DNA from: an uncultured Alphaproteobacteria bacterium
GTDB lineage: Bacteria > Pseudomonadota > Alphaproteobacteria > HIMB59 > GCA-002718135
Assembly (NCBI GenBank): GCA_902614395.1
Contig: CACMKW010000003.1
Span: forward strand, 36,474-100,473
Length of the DNA stretch: 64,000 nt
Direction of reading: 5' to 3'
Positions 54,865-64,000 of the stretch are shown here, piece by piece. The notes beneath the pieces are model-generated. The model worked only from the letters and a program-made list of their open reading frames with translations. It was not told the DNA's origin and ran no database searches. A program made the position numbers and the translations under genes. Every line of letters starts with the position of its first letter. Positions within the stretch are counted from its first letter, which is position 1.

Positions 54865-55894
54865 TAAAATAAAACTTCTTAACAATAAAAAAGATTTTCG
54901 TTTAGATAAATTTATAGAATCGGCTCTTTTCGCACATAATGGTTATTACTTAAGAAAAAAACCTATAGGAAGAAAATTTGACTTTGTTACATCTCCAGAA
55001 ATTTCACAAATGTTTGGAGAAATTATTGGTGTGTATTTAGTTTATCATTGGAAAGAAAAAATTGACTCAAAATTTAACTTAATTGAATTAGGCCCAGGAA
55101 ATGGAACCTTATTTAAAGATATCGAAAGAACTGCTCAGATACTTCCAAATTTTTTTGAAAATGCTGATGTTAATTTAATAGAAATAAATAAAGAATTAAG
55201 AAAAATACAAGAAAAGAATTTAAATTATTTTAGACAATCAAAAATTAGATGGTCTGAAGCTTTAAATTTCAGATCTAAACTACCTTCAATAATATATTCA
55301 AATGAATTTTTTGACTGTTTTCCAGTAAGACAGTTTTTAAATGATAATAATTATTGGTTTGAAAGATATGTAAAATTTAATGAAAAGGAAGATAAATATT
55401 ATTCTGTAAATAAAAGAGTAATTAGTAAAAAAGTATTAGACAATTTAAGTAAATACAAAAAACAAAAAATTTATGAAGTTTCTTATTCAAGAAATAAATA
55501 TTTTGATCAAATTTGTAAATATCTAAAAAAAAATAGAGGTATATGTATTTTAATCGACTATGGATATAATAAGAAAATAAAAAACTTTACTTTACAAGCA
55601 ATATATAATCATAAAAAAACCAATATATTTGAAAATATAGGGCAACAAGACATTTCAAGCCATGTAAATTTCAATGAATTAATTGAAATCGCAAAACAAA
55701 ACAAATTGAAAATAAATGAATTTATTTCACAAAGAGATTTTTTAATAAAATATGGAATACTAGAACGAAAGAAAAAATTACTAACTAAAAATACAAATTT
55801 AAATAAAAATTTATTAGATGAAGAAGTGGATAGATTAATTAATGTTGATAAGATGGGAAACTTATTTAAATGTCTTGTTGTTTCTAACTTATGA
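54842..55894 (+). CDS. SAM-dependent methyltransferase, DUF185 / NDUFAF7 (MidA)-like
   Basis: TSPEISQMFGE, ELGPGNGTL, SNEFFDCFPVRQF, QDISSHVNF. Confidence 0.8.
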   Translation: MLSKRKINKIKLLNNKKDFRLDKFIESALFAHNGYYLRKKPIGRKFDFVTSPEISQMFGEIIGVYLVYHWKEKIDSKFNLIELGPGNGTLFKDIERTAQILPNFFENADVNLIEINKELRKIQEKNLNYFRQSKIRWSEALNFRSKLPSIIYSNEFFDCFPVRQFLNDNNYWFERYVKFNEKEDKYYSVNKRVISKKVLDNLSKYKKQKIYEVSYSRNKYFDQICKYLKKNRGICILIDYGYNKKIKNFTLQAIYNHKKTNIFENIGQQDISSHVNFNELIEIAKQNKLKINEFISQRDFLIKYGILERKKKLLTKNTNLNKNLLDEEVDRLINVDKMGNLFKCLVVSNL

Positions 55895-56655
55895 TTACTA
55901 AAAATTATTTTACACATAAAAACATTAAGTCTTTTGTTAAAGCTGGTTTTTTTACTAGAAATGGTGGAGTATCAAAAAAAGAAAACTATTCATTAAACTG
56001 TAGCTTTAACAACAAAGATACAAAGGTAAATGTAAATAAAAATATTGATATCTGTTTAAAAAATTTAAAGATCAAAAAAAAAATTAAATTTATTAGTCAA
56101 ATACACTCAAACAAGATTATAGAAATTAATAAAAAAAATATAGGTAATAAATATTCTGGAGATGGATTGATCACAAGCAATAAGCAAATAGCTTTAGGCA
56201 TTTTAACTGCAGATTGCTGTCCAATTTTTATTTTTGATAAAAATAGAAAATATATTTGTGCTCTTCATTCAGGTTGGAAAGGTGCATTAAAAAATATAGC
56301 TGCTAAAAGTATAGGATATTTTGTTAAACAAAAAATAATTAAAAAAAATATTGTGGTTCTTATTGGTCCTTGTTTGAGCTTTAAAAACTTTGAAGTATCA
56401 AAAGACTTTAAAAGTAAGTTTATAAGCAAAAATAAAAAATACTCTATTTTCTTCAAATACAAAAATAAAGAAAAAGATTTATTTAATCTAAGAAGATTGA
56501 TTAATTATCAATTTAAGGAATTGAGTATTAAAAATATATATAATATTAATAAAGATACCTTCTCAAATAAGAGAGTTTTTTTTAGCCATCGAAGGGAATC
56601 ACAAAAATTCAGAGATACTGGAAGAATGCTCAATATCATTGCATTTAATGATTAA
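55891..56655 (+). CDS. YfiH/PgeF (laccase-domain, DUF152) family protein
   Basis: QIHSNK, DGLIT, LTADCCPIF, LHSGWKG, IGPCLS, FFSHRR. Confidence 0.8.
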   Translation: MITKNYFTHKNIKSFVKAGFFTRNGGVSKKENYSLNCSFNNKDTKVNVNKNIDICLKNLKIKKKIKFISQIHSNKIIEINKKNIGNKYSGDGLITSNKQIALGILTADCCPIFIFDKNRKYICALHSGWKGALKNIAAKSIGYFVKQKIIKKNIVVLIGPCLSFKNFEVSKDFKSKFISKNKKYSIFFKYKNKEKDLFNLRRLINYQFKELSIKNIYNINKDTFSNKRVFFSHRRESQKFRDTGRMLNIIAFND

Positions 56656-56702
56656 TTTTGGTTGATCTATTATTATTCTAATATAGTAATTAATTTGATT
56701 AT

Positions 56703-57638
56703 ATGAAAATAATCGCCTGTAATAGTAGCAAATCCCTAGCAGAAAAAATTTCTAAACATATTGATGTGCCGTTAGCAGATGCCTCTGTTAGAACTTTTAA
56801 TGATAGAGAAATATTTGTGGAAATAAATGAAAATATTAGAGGTGAAGATGTGTTTATTATTCAATCCACATCACATCCGGCTAATGACCATTTAATGGAA
56901 CTCTTAATTACAATAGATGCTGCTAGAAGAGGATCAGCAAAAAGGATTACTGCTGTTATCCCATATTATGGATATGCAAGACAAGATAGAAAGACAGGGC
57001 CTAGAACACCAATCACTGCCAAACTTGTAGCAAATTTAATTACATCCGCGGGCGCTGATAGAGTTTTAACAATGGATTTACATGCAGGTCAAATTCAAGG
57101 TTTTTTTGACATTCCTTTAGATAATATTTTTTCTGTAAGGCCGATAATCGATGATGTTAAAGAAAAATTTAATGGAAACAAAGATTTAGTTGTTGCTTCA
57201 CCTGATGTTGGTGGTGTTGTTAGAGCCAGAGCTTTTGCTAAAAGATTAGAAGCTGGACTGGCAATTGCCGATAAAAGAAGAGAAAAAGCTGGTGAGTCTG
57301 AAGTAATGAATATCATAGGAGATGTAAAAGATAAAACTTGTATCTTACTAGATGATATAGCTGATTCTGCAGGCACGTTATGCAACGCTGCTGAAGCTCT
57401 GAGTAAAAATGGAGCTAAAGAAATTTATTCTTATATTGTTCATGGTGTACTATCTGGGAATGCACTAAAAAAGATTGAAAATTCAAGCATAAAAGAATTG
57501 GTATTAACAGATACAATAGAGCCTTCTAAAGAGGTAAAAAGCACAAAAAACATTAGACATATTAGTATTGCTCCTTTAATGGGTGATGCGATTAAAAGGA
57601 TTAACACTGATACTTCAGTGTCTGCCCTTTTCGATTAA
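56703..57638 (+). CDS. prs: ribose-phosphate pyrophosphokinase
   Basis: [49 protein letters not shown]. Confidence 0.95.
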   Translation: MKIIACNSSKSLAEKISKHIDVPLADASVRTFNDREIFVEINENIRGEDVFIIQSTSHPANDHLMELLITIDAARRGSAKRITAVIPYYGYARQDRKTGPRTPITAKLVANLITSAGADRVLTMDLHAGQIQGFFDIPLDNIFSVRPIIDDVKEKFNGNKDLVVASPDVGGVVRARAFAKRLEAGLAIADKRREKAGESEVMNIIGDVKDKTCILLDDIADSAGTLCNAAEALSKNGAKEIYSYIVHGVLSGNALKKIENSSIKELVLTDTIEPSKEVKSTKNIRHISIAPLMGDAIKRINTDTSVSALFD

Positions 57639-57649
57639 AATATTTTTTT

Positions 57650-58327
57650 ATGAGTGATTTTAAAGCAATTGAAAGAAATAAAGATATTGGTTCAAACCAC
57701 AGTCTTTTAATAAGAGGATTAGTACCTGGTATTATATATGGTAAAGGAACTGAGCCTAAGAAAATTGCTCTAGAAGATAAAATACTCAAAAAATTAATGG
57801 GTACTGGTTCTTTTTATTCTACAATTATCGATCTTGATGTCGATGGAAAGAAAGAAAAAATACTTCCTAAACAATTACAATATCACCCTGTAAGTGATCG
57901 ACTTATACATTTTGATTTTCTAAGAGTACAAGAAAATACAAAAGTAAACGTTGAAATTCCTGTTGAATTTTTAAATCAAGATAAATGTCCTGGTTTGAAA
58001 AAAGGTGGAGTTTTAAATACTGTTAGAAGACTTGTTGAACTAACATGTAATGCAAATAATATACCTAGCAAACTAGAATTTGATTTAATTGAAAGTGAAA
58101 TAGGTGATGCAGTAAAAATTAGTAATATTCAACTACCAGAGGGAGTTGCTCCAACTATTTCAGATAGAGATTTCGTAATAGCTACTTTAGTTCCGCCAAC
58201 TGTAGAAGTTGAAACTAAAACTGAAGAAACAACTGAAGAAGGTGCAGCAGAAGGTGGTGAAGAGAAATCAGAGGAAAAGAAGGAAGAATCTTCTGATAAT
58301 AAAGAAGAAAATAAAGAATCTAAGTAA
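57650..58327 (+). CDS. rplY: 50S ribosomal protein L25 / general stress protein Ctc
   Basis: RGLVPGIIYGKG, QYHPVSDRLIHFDFLRV, plus an acidic C-terminal tail. It lies between prs and pth, the usual gene order. Confidence 0.9.
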   Translation: MSDFKAIERNKDIGSNHSLLIRGLVPGIIYGKGTEPKKIALEDKILKKLMGTGSFYSTIIDLDVDGKKEKILPKQLQYHPVSDRLIHFDFLRVQENTKVNVEIPVEFLNQDKCPGLKKGGVLNTVRRLVELTCNANNIPSKLEFDLIESEIGDAVKISNIQLPEGVAPTISDRDFVIATLVPPTVEVETKTEETTEEGAAEGGEEKSEEKKEESSDNKEENKESK

Positions 58328-58348
58328 CTTTACTTTATATTTCATTAT

Positions 58349-58909
58349 ATGTTTTTAATTTGTGGACTTGGAAACCCAGGTGTAAATTATAATAATACCA
58401 GACATAATGTAGGTTTCCATTTAGCGGATAATATAATCTCACATTTTAATTTGGATAAAATCAAAGAAGATAAAAAAAAAGAATTATATGCAGGTGTAAT
58501 TAATAATCAAAAAATCTTTGTGTTAAAACCTCTTACATTCATGAATTTATCTGGAAAAGCTGTTTCAGAAATTGTGAATTTTTATAAAATAAAATTAGAC
58601 CATACTTTTGTTATACATGATGACCTTGATTTAGAATTATCAAAAGTAAAAATAAAACAAGGTGGTGGAAACGGAGGTCATAATGGATTGGAAAGTCTTG
58701 ACCAATTTATAGGGGAAAATTATTTTAGAATCCGTATTGGAATTGATCATCCTGGGCATAAAGATTTAGTTTCAAGTTATGTTTTAAATAAATTTTCAAA
58801 ATCAGAAGAAGAAATAATAAATAAAAAAATTGATAAAATGGTTAAAAATATAGAATTAATTTTTTCAGATATTCCTCTATTTTTAACAAAAATAAGTGAG
58901 CAAAATTAA
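58349..58909 (+). CDS. pth: peptidyl-tRNA hydrolase
   Basis: GLGNPG..Y..TRHNVGF, GGHNGL, RIGIDHPG. Confidence 0.9.
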   Translation: MFLICGLGNPGVNYNNTRHNVGFHLADNIISHFNLDKIKEDKKKELYAGVINNQKIFVLKPLTFMNLSGKAVSEIVNFYKIKLDHTFVIHDDLDLELSKVKIKQGGGNGGHNGLESLDQFIGENYFRIRIGIDHPGHKDLVSSYVLNKFSKSEEEIINKKIDKMVKNIELIFSDIPLFLTKISEQN

Positions 58910-58911
58910 TT

Positions 58912-60012
58912 ATGGGATTTAAGTGTGGGATAGTTGGATTACCAAATGTTGGTAAATCCACTTTATTCAATGCACTTACCCAATCAAATAAAGCGGAAGC
59001 TGCAAATTATCCATTTGCAACTATAGAACCAAATATAGGAAGAGTTGCAGTGCCCGATGACAGATTAGACAAACTATCGATCATTGGAAAGAGTGAAAAA
59101 ATAATTCCTTCTTTTATGGATTTTGTTGATATTGCAGGATTAGTAAAAGGAGCCTCACAAGGAGAAGGTTTAGGAAATAAATTTTTAGGACATGTAAGAG
59201 AAGTTGACGCGATAGCACATGTTGTTAGATGCTTTGAAGATACTAACATTACTCATGTATCATCAAAAATTGATCCACTAGATGATATTGAAACAATAAA
59301 TTTAGAATTACAATTGGCTGATCTTGAAAGCTTAAATAATAAAAAGACTAGTTTAGAAAAAAAATTAAAAGCAAATGATAAAGAAGCTAAAGATCAATTC
59401 GACATAATTAATAAAATCTTACAAATGCTAGATGCTAATAGTATCTTAAAAATTGATGAATTCGCTAGTAATGAAGTTGACTTTGTAAATAGTCTTAACT
59501 TAATTAGTCTAAAGCCTACTATGTACATATGTAATGTAGATGAAGAATCTATTCACACTGGAAACGAATTATCAAAAAAAGTCATCGAGTTTGCTAAAAA
59601 AAATAATCATTCTGTAGTTTTAATCTCTGCATCAATAGAAGCACAAATAGCAGAATTAGATAATGAAGAAGAAAAACTTGAATTTCTAAAAGAACTTAAT
59701 TTAGATCAAACAACATTGAATAAGGTTATAAAATCAGGATATGAACTTTTAGGTTTGATAAACTATTTTACATGTGGTCCAAAAGAAACAAGATCATGGA
59801 CAATAAAAAAAGAAACACTTGCACCTCAAGCTGCTGGAAAAATTCACACTGATTTTGAAAAAGGATTTATTAGAGCAGAGACTATTTCTTATGAAGACTA
59901 TATAGAAAATAATGGCGATGCTGGAAGTAGAGATTCGGGAAAGCTAAGACAAGAAGGTAAAGATTATATCGTCAAAGATGGTGATGTAATGAACTTTTTA
60001 TTTAATGTCTAA
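58912..60012 (+). CDS. ychF: redox-regulated ATPase YchF
   Basis: GIVGLPNVGKSTLFNALT, DIAGLVKGASQGEGLGNKFL, C-terminal TGS/YchF block FTCGPKETRSWTI...GKIHTDFEKGFIRAE. Confidence 0.95.
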   Translation: MGFKCGIVGLPNVGKSTLFNALTQSNKAEAANYPFATIEPNIGRVAVPDDRLDKLSIIGKSEKIIPSFMDFVDIAGLVKGASQGEGLGNKFLGHVREVDAIAHVVRCFEDTNITHVSSKIDPLDDIETINLELQLADLESLNNKKTSLEKKLKANDKEAKDQFDIINKILQMLDANSILKIDEFASNEVDFVNSLNLISLKPTMYICNVDEESIHTGNELSKKVIEFAKKNNHSVVLISASIEAQIAELDNEEEKLEFLKELNLDQTTLNKVIKSGYELLGLINYFTCGPKETRSWTIKKETLAPQAAGKIHTDFEKGFIRAETISYEDYIENNGDAGSRDSGKLRQEGKDYIVKDGDVMNFLFNV

Positions 60013-60758
60013 GTGACGTCTCTCCAAAGTCTGTTTTTTGCTAAGTACACAATTGTTCCTAGAATAATAAAGAATAATATTACTTTGATTCCTAAATTTT
60101 TTCTTTCTTCCATTTCTGGTTCAGCAGCCCAGTGAAGAAAATGTGTTACATCAGCCGATAACTGTTCTGCATTATTATCAGTGCCATCATCATAATCTAC
60201 ACTTCCATCGGCTATAGGTGCTGGCATAGCTATTTGATTTCCAGCCATCCATTTATTGTACCACATTCCATTACCGACCTCCATTCCCTTTGGAGGTTCA
60301 ACATAACCTAGAAGAAGGTTATAAATATAATCAACTCCATATTTTCTAGCTTTTGTAATTACACTCAAATCTGGAGGATAAGCTCCATTATTATTTGCTC
60401 TTGCTTCGTTATCATTGGCATATGGATTAACAAATCTATCTGCTGGTCTAGCCGGTCTTTCAAACATTTCACCATCATCATTTGGACCGTCTAATACAGT
60501 ATATTCAGAAGCAATTACTTTTACTTGAGCCTCAGAAAAACCAACATCAATAAGATCTCTGTAATATAGCAGTTTCATTGAATGACATCCTGCACATACT
60601 TCTCTATAAACTTTATAGCCCCTTTGAATTGCGGCTCTATCAAAAGTTCCCGTTACACCTTTAAAAGACCAATCATGTTTTGGCATTTTTTCAGTACTCA
60701 TTTCTGCAGCAAATAAATTTGAAGAGAATAATAGAAAAATAATAAGTAATAGGCGCAT
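60009..60758 (-). CDS. petC: cytochrome c1 (bc1 complex)
   Basis: Signal peptide, heme site CAGCHS, C-terminal TM anchor. It follows petB directly. Confidence 0.85.
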   Translation of the reverse strand: MRLLLIIFLLFSSNLFAAEMSTEKMPKHDWSFKGVTGTFDRAAIQRGYKVYREVCAGCHSMKLLYYRDLIDVGFSEAQVKVIASEYTVLDGPNDDGEMFERPARPADRFVNPYANDNEARANNNGAYPPDLSVITKARKYGVDYIYNLLLGYVEPPKGMEVGNGMWYNKWMAGNQIAMPAPIADGSVDYDDGTDNNAEQLSADVTHFLHWAAEPEMEERKNLGIKVILFFIILGTIVYLAKNRLWRDVT

Positions 60759-62050
60759 TATAGATTTGTATCTTTTTGCATTGCTGGTGAAGGAATTCCT
60801 TTTTCTCCTCCACCAATATTAGGAGCTATATTTTTAGCATATACATCACTAATACTGAGCGGTAGCTTACTTGGCTTCTCTATCCAACCAACAAAAGGTG
60901 TAATGATAAAGAAAAAACCAAAGTAGTAAAGTAAACCTACTCTAGCAATTAAAAGATATAAACCTTCAGCAGGAAGCATACCAACGTAGCCTAATGCAAA
61001 GAAGTTAACAAAAAAGCCCATCATAAACCACTTATATATAGGTCTATAATTACAGCTTCTCACTTTTGATCTATCAAGCCAAGGTAGAACAAAGAGAATT
61101 ACTATCGCACCAAACATTAGGAGAACCCCTCCTAATTTATCAGGTACTGCTCTTAAAATTGCATAAAAAGGTGCAAGATACCAGTTTGGAACAATGTGAG
61201 CTGGAGTAACAAGTGGATCTGCTGGAATATAATTATCTACTTCAGCCATAAGATTTGGTCCAAAGAATATTACTGCAGAAATAGCAACACCAAAAGCACA
61301 CATAGCTACTGTATCTTTAATTAACATATATGGAAAAAAGTTTACTGAGTCATTGTTAGTTTTAATATCAATCCCATCAGGGTTATTTGAACCATGAACA
61401 TGGACTGCTGCAACATGTAATCCTACGACACCAAAAATAACAAATGGTAAAACATAATGAAGAGCAAAGAAACGGTTTAAAGTAGCATTTCCAACATTGT
61501 AATCACCAAGAAGCCATGTCTTTAATCCCTCACCAATAAATGGAATTGCACTAAATAAATTTGTTATAACTGTAGCTCCCCAATAAGACATTTGTCCCCA
61601 CGGTAATGTGTAACCAAGAAAAGAAGTTGCCATCATTAATAAAAATATAAATACACCTAAAATCCAATTAAGCTCTCTTGGATATTTGTAAGAACCAAAA
61701 TACATTGCTCTTACTATATGAATGTAAACTATGATGAAGAAAAAGGCTGCACCATTGGAATGGATGTATCGCATTAACCAACCGTAATTGACATCTCGCA
61801 TTATTCTTTCAACACTATCAAATGCCATATCAGTATGTGGTGTGTAATTCATTGCAAGAAAAATTCCGCTTACTATCATTGTAACAAGCGTGATTGTTGC
61901 TAATGCACCAAAACTCCAAAAATAATTACAATTTTTAGGCATTGGATAATCACCGTATTCTTTTTTGAAGTAAGAAATAATTGGTAAACGAAACTCTATC
62001 CAATTAAGGACGGGATTTTTAAATTGATGTACTTTTCGATTCTTATCCAT
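60758..62050 (-). CDS. petB: cytochrome b (bc1 complex)
   Basis: WSFGALA, RYIHSNGAAFFF, PWGQMSYWGATVITN, conserved His pairs. 430 aa. Confidence 0.95.
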   Translation of the reverse strand: MDKNRKVHQFKNPVLNWIEFRLPIISYFKKEYGDYPMPKNCNYFWSFGALATITLVTMIVSGIFLAMNYTPHTDMAFDSVERIMRDVNYGWLMRYIHSNGAAFFFIIVYIHIVRAMYFGSYKYPRELNWILGVFIFLLMMATSFLGYTLPWGQMSYWGATVITNLFSAIPFIGEGLKTWLLGDYNVGNATLNRFFALHYVLPFVIFGVVGLHVAAVHVHGSNNPDGIDIKTNNDSVNFFPYMLIKDTVAMCAFGVAISAVIFFGPNLMAEVDNYIPADPLVTPAHIVPNWYLAPFYAILRAVPDKLGGVLLMFGAIVILFVLPWLDRSKVRSCNYRPIYKWFMMGFFVNFFALGYVGMLPAEGLYLLIARVGLLYYFGFFFIITPFVGWIEKPSKLPLSISDVYAKNIAPNIGGGEKGIPSPAMQKDTNL

Positions 62051-62051
62051 G

Positions 62052-62579
62052 TTATCCTATCTTTATAGTATTATCATTTAAAAAGGTATAGGGCGGAACG
62101 TCCAAGTTTTTGGGAGCTGGCCCCTTTCTTATCCTACCTGATGTATCGTAATGTGAACCATGACATGGGCAGTACCAACCATCGTACTCACCTTTCATAT
62201 CAGAAACCTTCTGACCAAGTGGAACACAACCTAAGTGTGTACATACTCCCACTAAAACTAACCATTCTTCTTTTTGTACTCTATCTGCATCATCTTGTGG
62301 ATCTCTTAGGTCAGAAGCTTGAACCATTTTAGCTGCATCAATCTCATCTTTTGTTCTTTTTTTTATGAAAACAGGTTTTCCACGCCACTTTATTGTTATA
62401 CTTTGACCCTCTTCAATAGCACTAATATCTACTTCGGTTGATCCTGCAGCTAATGTGTCTTCTGCTGGACTCATACTTTTTAGAAAAGGCCATATAAAAG
62501 CAGCTGTTCCAACAGCACCAAGCGTTACTGTACTAAGTTGTAGGAAATCTCTTCTCTTATTTTTGGGTTTTTTAGCCAT
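62052..62579 (-). CDS. petA: ubiquinol-cytochrome c reductase Rieske Fe-S subunit
   Basis: Tat-like N-terminus KRRDFL. Rieske boxes CTHLGC and CPCHGS. Confidence 0.95.
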   Translation of the reverse strand: MAKKPKNKRRDFLQLSTVTLGAVGTAAFIWPFLKSMSPAEDTLAAGSTEVDISAIEEGQSITIKWRGKPVFIKKRTKDEIDAAKMVQASDLRDPQDDADRVQKEEWLVLVGVCTHLGCVPLGQKVSDMKGEYDGWYCPCHGSHYDTSGRIRKGPAPKNLDVPPYTFLNDNTIKIG

Positions 62580-62674
62580 TTATTGTGAATTTCTTATATC
62601 TTAATTACTCAAAAAAATACTTTTTAAATATGTGCCAGCGTGACGCAAGTAAGAAAATAATATAGTAAAAAAAC

Positions 62675-63121
62675 ATGAGAATTGCTCTATTTGAACCCGA
62701 TATACCACAGAATGCAGGAAACATATTTAGACTAGGTGCCTGTCTTGGAATACCAGTAGATATAATAGAGCCAGCTGGCTTTGTGATTGATGATAAGAGA
62801 TTAAAAAGAGCATCAATGGATTACTATGATTATCTAGAATTAAAAAAACATTTAAGTTGGGAAAAATTTTATGAGTGGTCAAAAGATAATTCATATCGAC
62901 TCGTTCTTCTAACAACAAAAAGTAAAAAAAGTTATTTCGATTATAAATTTCAATCAAATGATATTATTTTATTTGGCAGAGAAAGTGCAGGAGCACCTGA
63001 TTTTGTCCATAGCTCTGTCGATGAAAGATTAACAATACCAATGGTAAAGGGGCCTAGGTCGATTAATCTTAGTAGTTCAGTTGCTATTGTAGCTGGTGAA
63101 ATGTTACGTCAATTAACTTAA
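62675..63121 (+). CDS. trmL: SpoU-class tRNA (cytidine/uridine-2'-O)-methyltransferase TrmL-like
   Basis: 148 aa. LFEPDIPQNAGNI.R, LFGRESAG, SINLSSSVAIV. Confidence 0.8.
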   Translation: MRIALFEPDIPQNAGNIFRLGACLGIPVDIIEPAGFVIDDKRLKRASMDYYDYLELKKHLSWEKFYEWSKDNSYRLVLLTTKSKKSYFDYKFQSNDIILFGRESAGAPDFVHSSVDERLTIPMVKGPRSINLSSSVAIVAGEMLRQLT

Positions 63122-63975
63122 GCTAAGCGTCCCATCTTTCCTTCTTGATAGTCCATCATGGCTTGCTTGATTTCTCCTTCAGAATTTGCCACAAAAGGAC
63201 CATAACGTGCTACAGGTTCTTTAAGCGGCTTACCTGCTAAAACTAGGTAGGATCCTTTTTCTGATATTGACGTGAGTTGAATCTCATCACTTGACTGATC
63301 AAAATAAATCATATCACCTTTATTAGCGATTTTATCTTGCTCATTAAATTGTAATTGACCATCGATAATATAGATCATAAGATTTTGTTCTTTATCAACA
63401 TTAAACTTTGTCATATCTGGTTTTGAAAATTGAATATCAAATATTGATACAGGTGAATATGTTTGAACTTTGGATTTGGTTCCATTTATTTCACCCACAA
63501 GAACTTTAATTTCTATATTTGCATTTTCAGATACTGTTGGAATAGTGTTTCTTTTAATATGTTGATACCAAGGTTTAACTTTTTTATTTTTTTGTGGAAG
63601 GTTTACCCAAATTTGTAATCCTTGCATGACACCTCCACTCTTCTTAAATTTTTCTGTTACTAATTCAGAGTGAATTAAACCTGAACCAGTTGTCATCCAT
63701 TGAACATCACCAGTTTCAATTTCTGCTTGTCCACCAAATGAGTCTCTATGCTCTACTTCACCACCAAGCATGTAAGTAATTGCTTCAAATCCACAATGAG
63801 GATGGGCTGGTACACCAGTTGCCCCTCCTGGCTCATAATTAATTGGGCCAAAATGATCAAAAAGAAGAAATGGATCATTTTCTCTCATACCAGGGACAGG
63901 GAAAGCTCTCGTTACAGGTATCCCATCACCCTCGAAAGTCTTCATACATTGTTTAATTTCTAATGCTTTTCTCAT
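63118..63975 (-). CDS. pirin-family protein
   Basis: HPHCGFEAITYMLGGEVEHRDS, QWMTTGSGLIHSE, GPFVANS...I.QA..DY. 285 aa. Confidence 0.85.
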   Translation of the reverse strand: MRKALEIKQCMKTFEGDGIPVTRAFPVPGMRENDPFLLFDHFGPINYEPGGATGVPAHPHCGFEAITYMLGGEVEHRDSFGGQAEIETGDVQWMTTGSGLIHSELVTEKFKKSGGVMQGLQIWVNLPQKNKKVKPWYQHIKRNTIPTVSENANIEIKVLVGEINGTKSKVQTYSPVSIFDIQFSKPDMTKFNVDKEQNLMIYIIDGQLQFNEQDKIANKGDMIYFDQSSDEIQLTSISEKGSYLVLAGKPLKEPVARYGPFVANSEGEIKQAMMDYQEGKMGRLA

Positions 63976-64000
63976 TTGTATTTTAAATTATTATAAAAAA

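Noticed and set aside
55609-55917. 102-aa antisense ORF across the methyltransferase/yfiH junction
   Set aside because: Both sense genes have clear family motifs. The antisense product is low-complexity.
58208-58327. Acidic Glu/Lys-rich tail of L25/Ctc as a separate feature
   Set aside because: The low-complexity C-terminal extension is in frame with the L25/Ctc gene, with nothing to suggest a separate feature.
1-64000. Search for CRISPR arrays, tRNA/rRNA genes, IS elements, integrases, toxin-antitoxin pairs or known defence systems
   Set aside because: The largest non-coding gap is 133 nt. No direct-repeat arrays, no cloverleaf-capable GC-rich segments and no nuclease, ATPase or methylase defence-type ORFs were seen. 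Every ORF of 100 aa or more has a metabolic or housekeeping assignment or is an antisense artefact.

Overview
AT-rich, extremely compact alphaproteobacterial chromosome segment. Gene content, tiny or negative intergenic spacers and protein sequences fit a SAR11/Pelagibacterales-like genome; this is inference, since no search was run. By my tally from the ORF coordinates, about 1.6-1.7 kb of the 64 kb lies outside the 62 CDSs I accept. I saw no rRNA, tRNA, CRISPR, transposase, integrase, phage or recognisable defence genes. Layout: (i) 1-2292: omega-aminotransferase fragment, short Pta, DMT transporter. (ii) 2300-16391: a LacI-linked accessory island. It holds a sugar-type ABC importer without an ATPase, a HAD-like protein and an SDR. 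These are followed by five genes carrying nine SnoaL/NTF2-like domains, arranged as two copies of a divergent module, plus a MetE-like Zn methyltransferase, a bicupin and a HisD paralog. All three divergent promoter gaps of this island carry the palindrome TATTCA-N6-TGAATA. (iii) 16394-19967: cysQ-cysD-cysNC. (iv) 20043-40430: putA, a translationally coupled enolase-superfamily enzyme, two HyuA/HyuB pairs, and a third orphan HyuB that heads a family-5 (peptide/opine type) ABC importer. A small GAF-like protein and an M24 prolidase-like peptidase complete this block. (v) 40486-44840: CaCA antiporter, GMC oxidoreductase, sulfoacetaldehyde acetyltransferase (Xsc). (vi) 44974-63975: housekeeping core (uvrC, pgsA, moaDE, ilvE, marR, ompR/envZ-like pair, proC, ubiK-like, lgt, prs, rplY, pth, ychF, petABC, trmL, pirin). 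The best candidate for an undescribed system is the SnoaL-like island at 8.1-16.4 kb, together with its importer and shared operator. The second candidate is the 2A:3B hydantoinase/oxoprolinase array and its transporter and peptidase context. All functional calls rest on motifs I could read in the supplied translations; no database search was possible.
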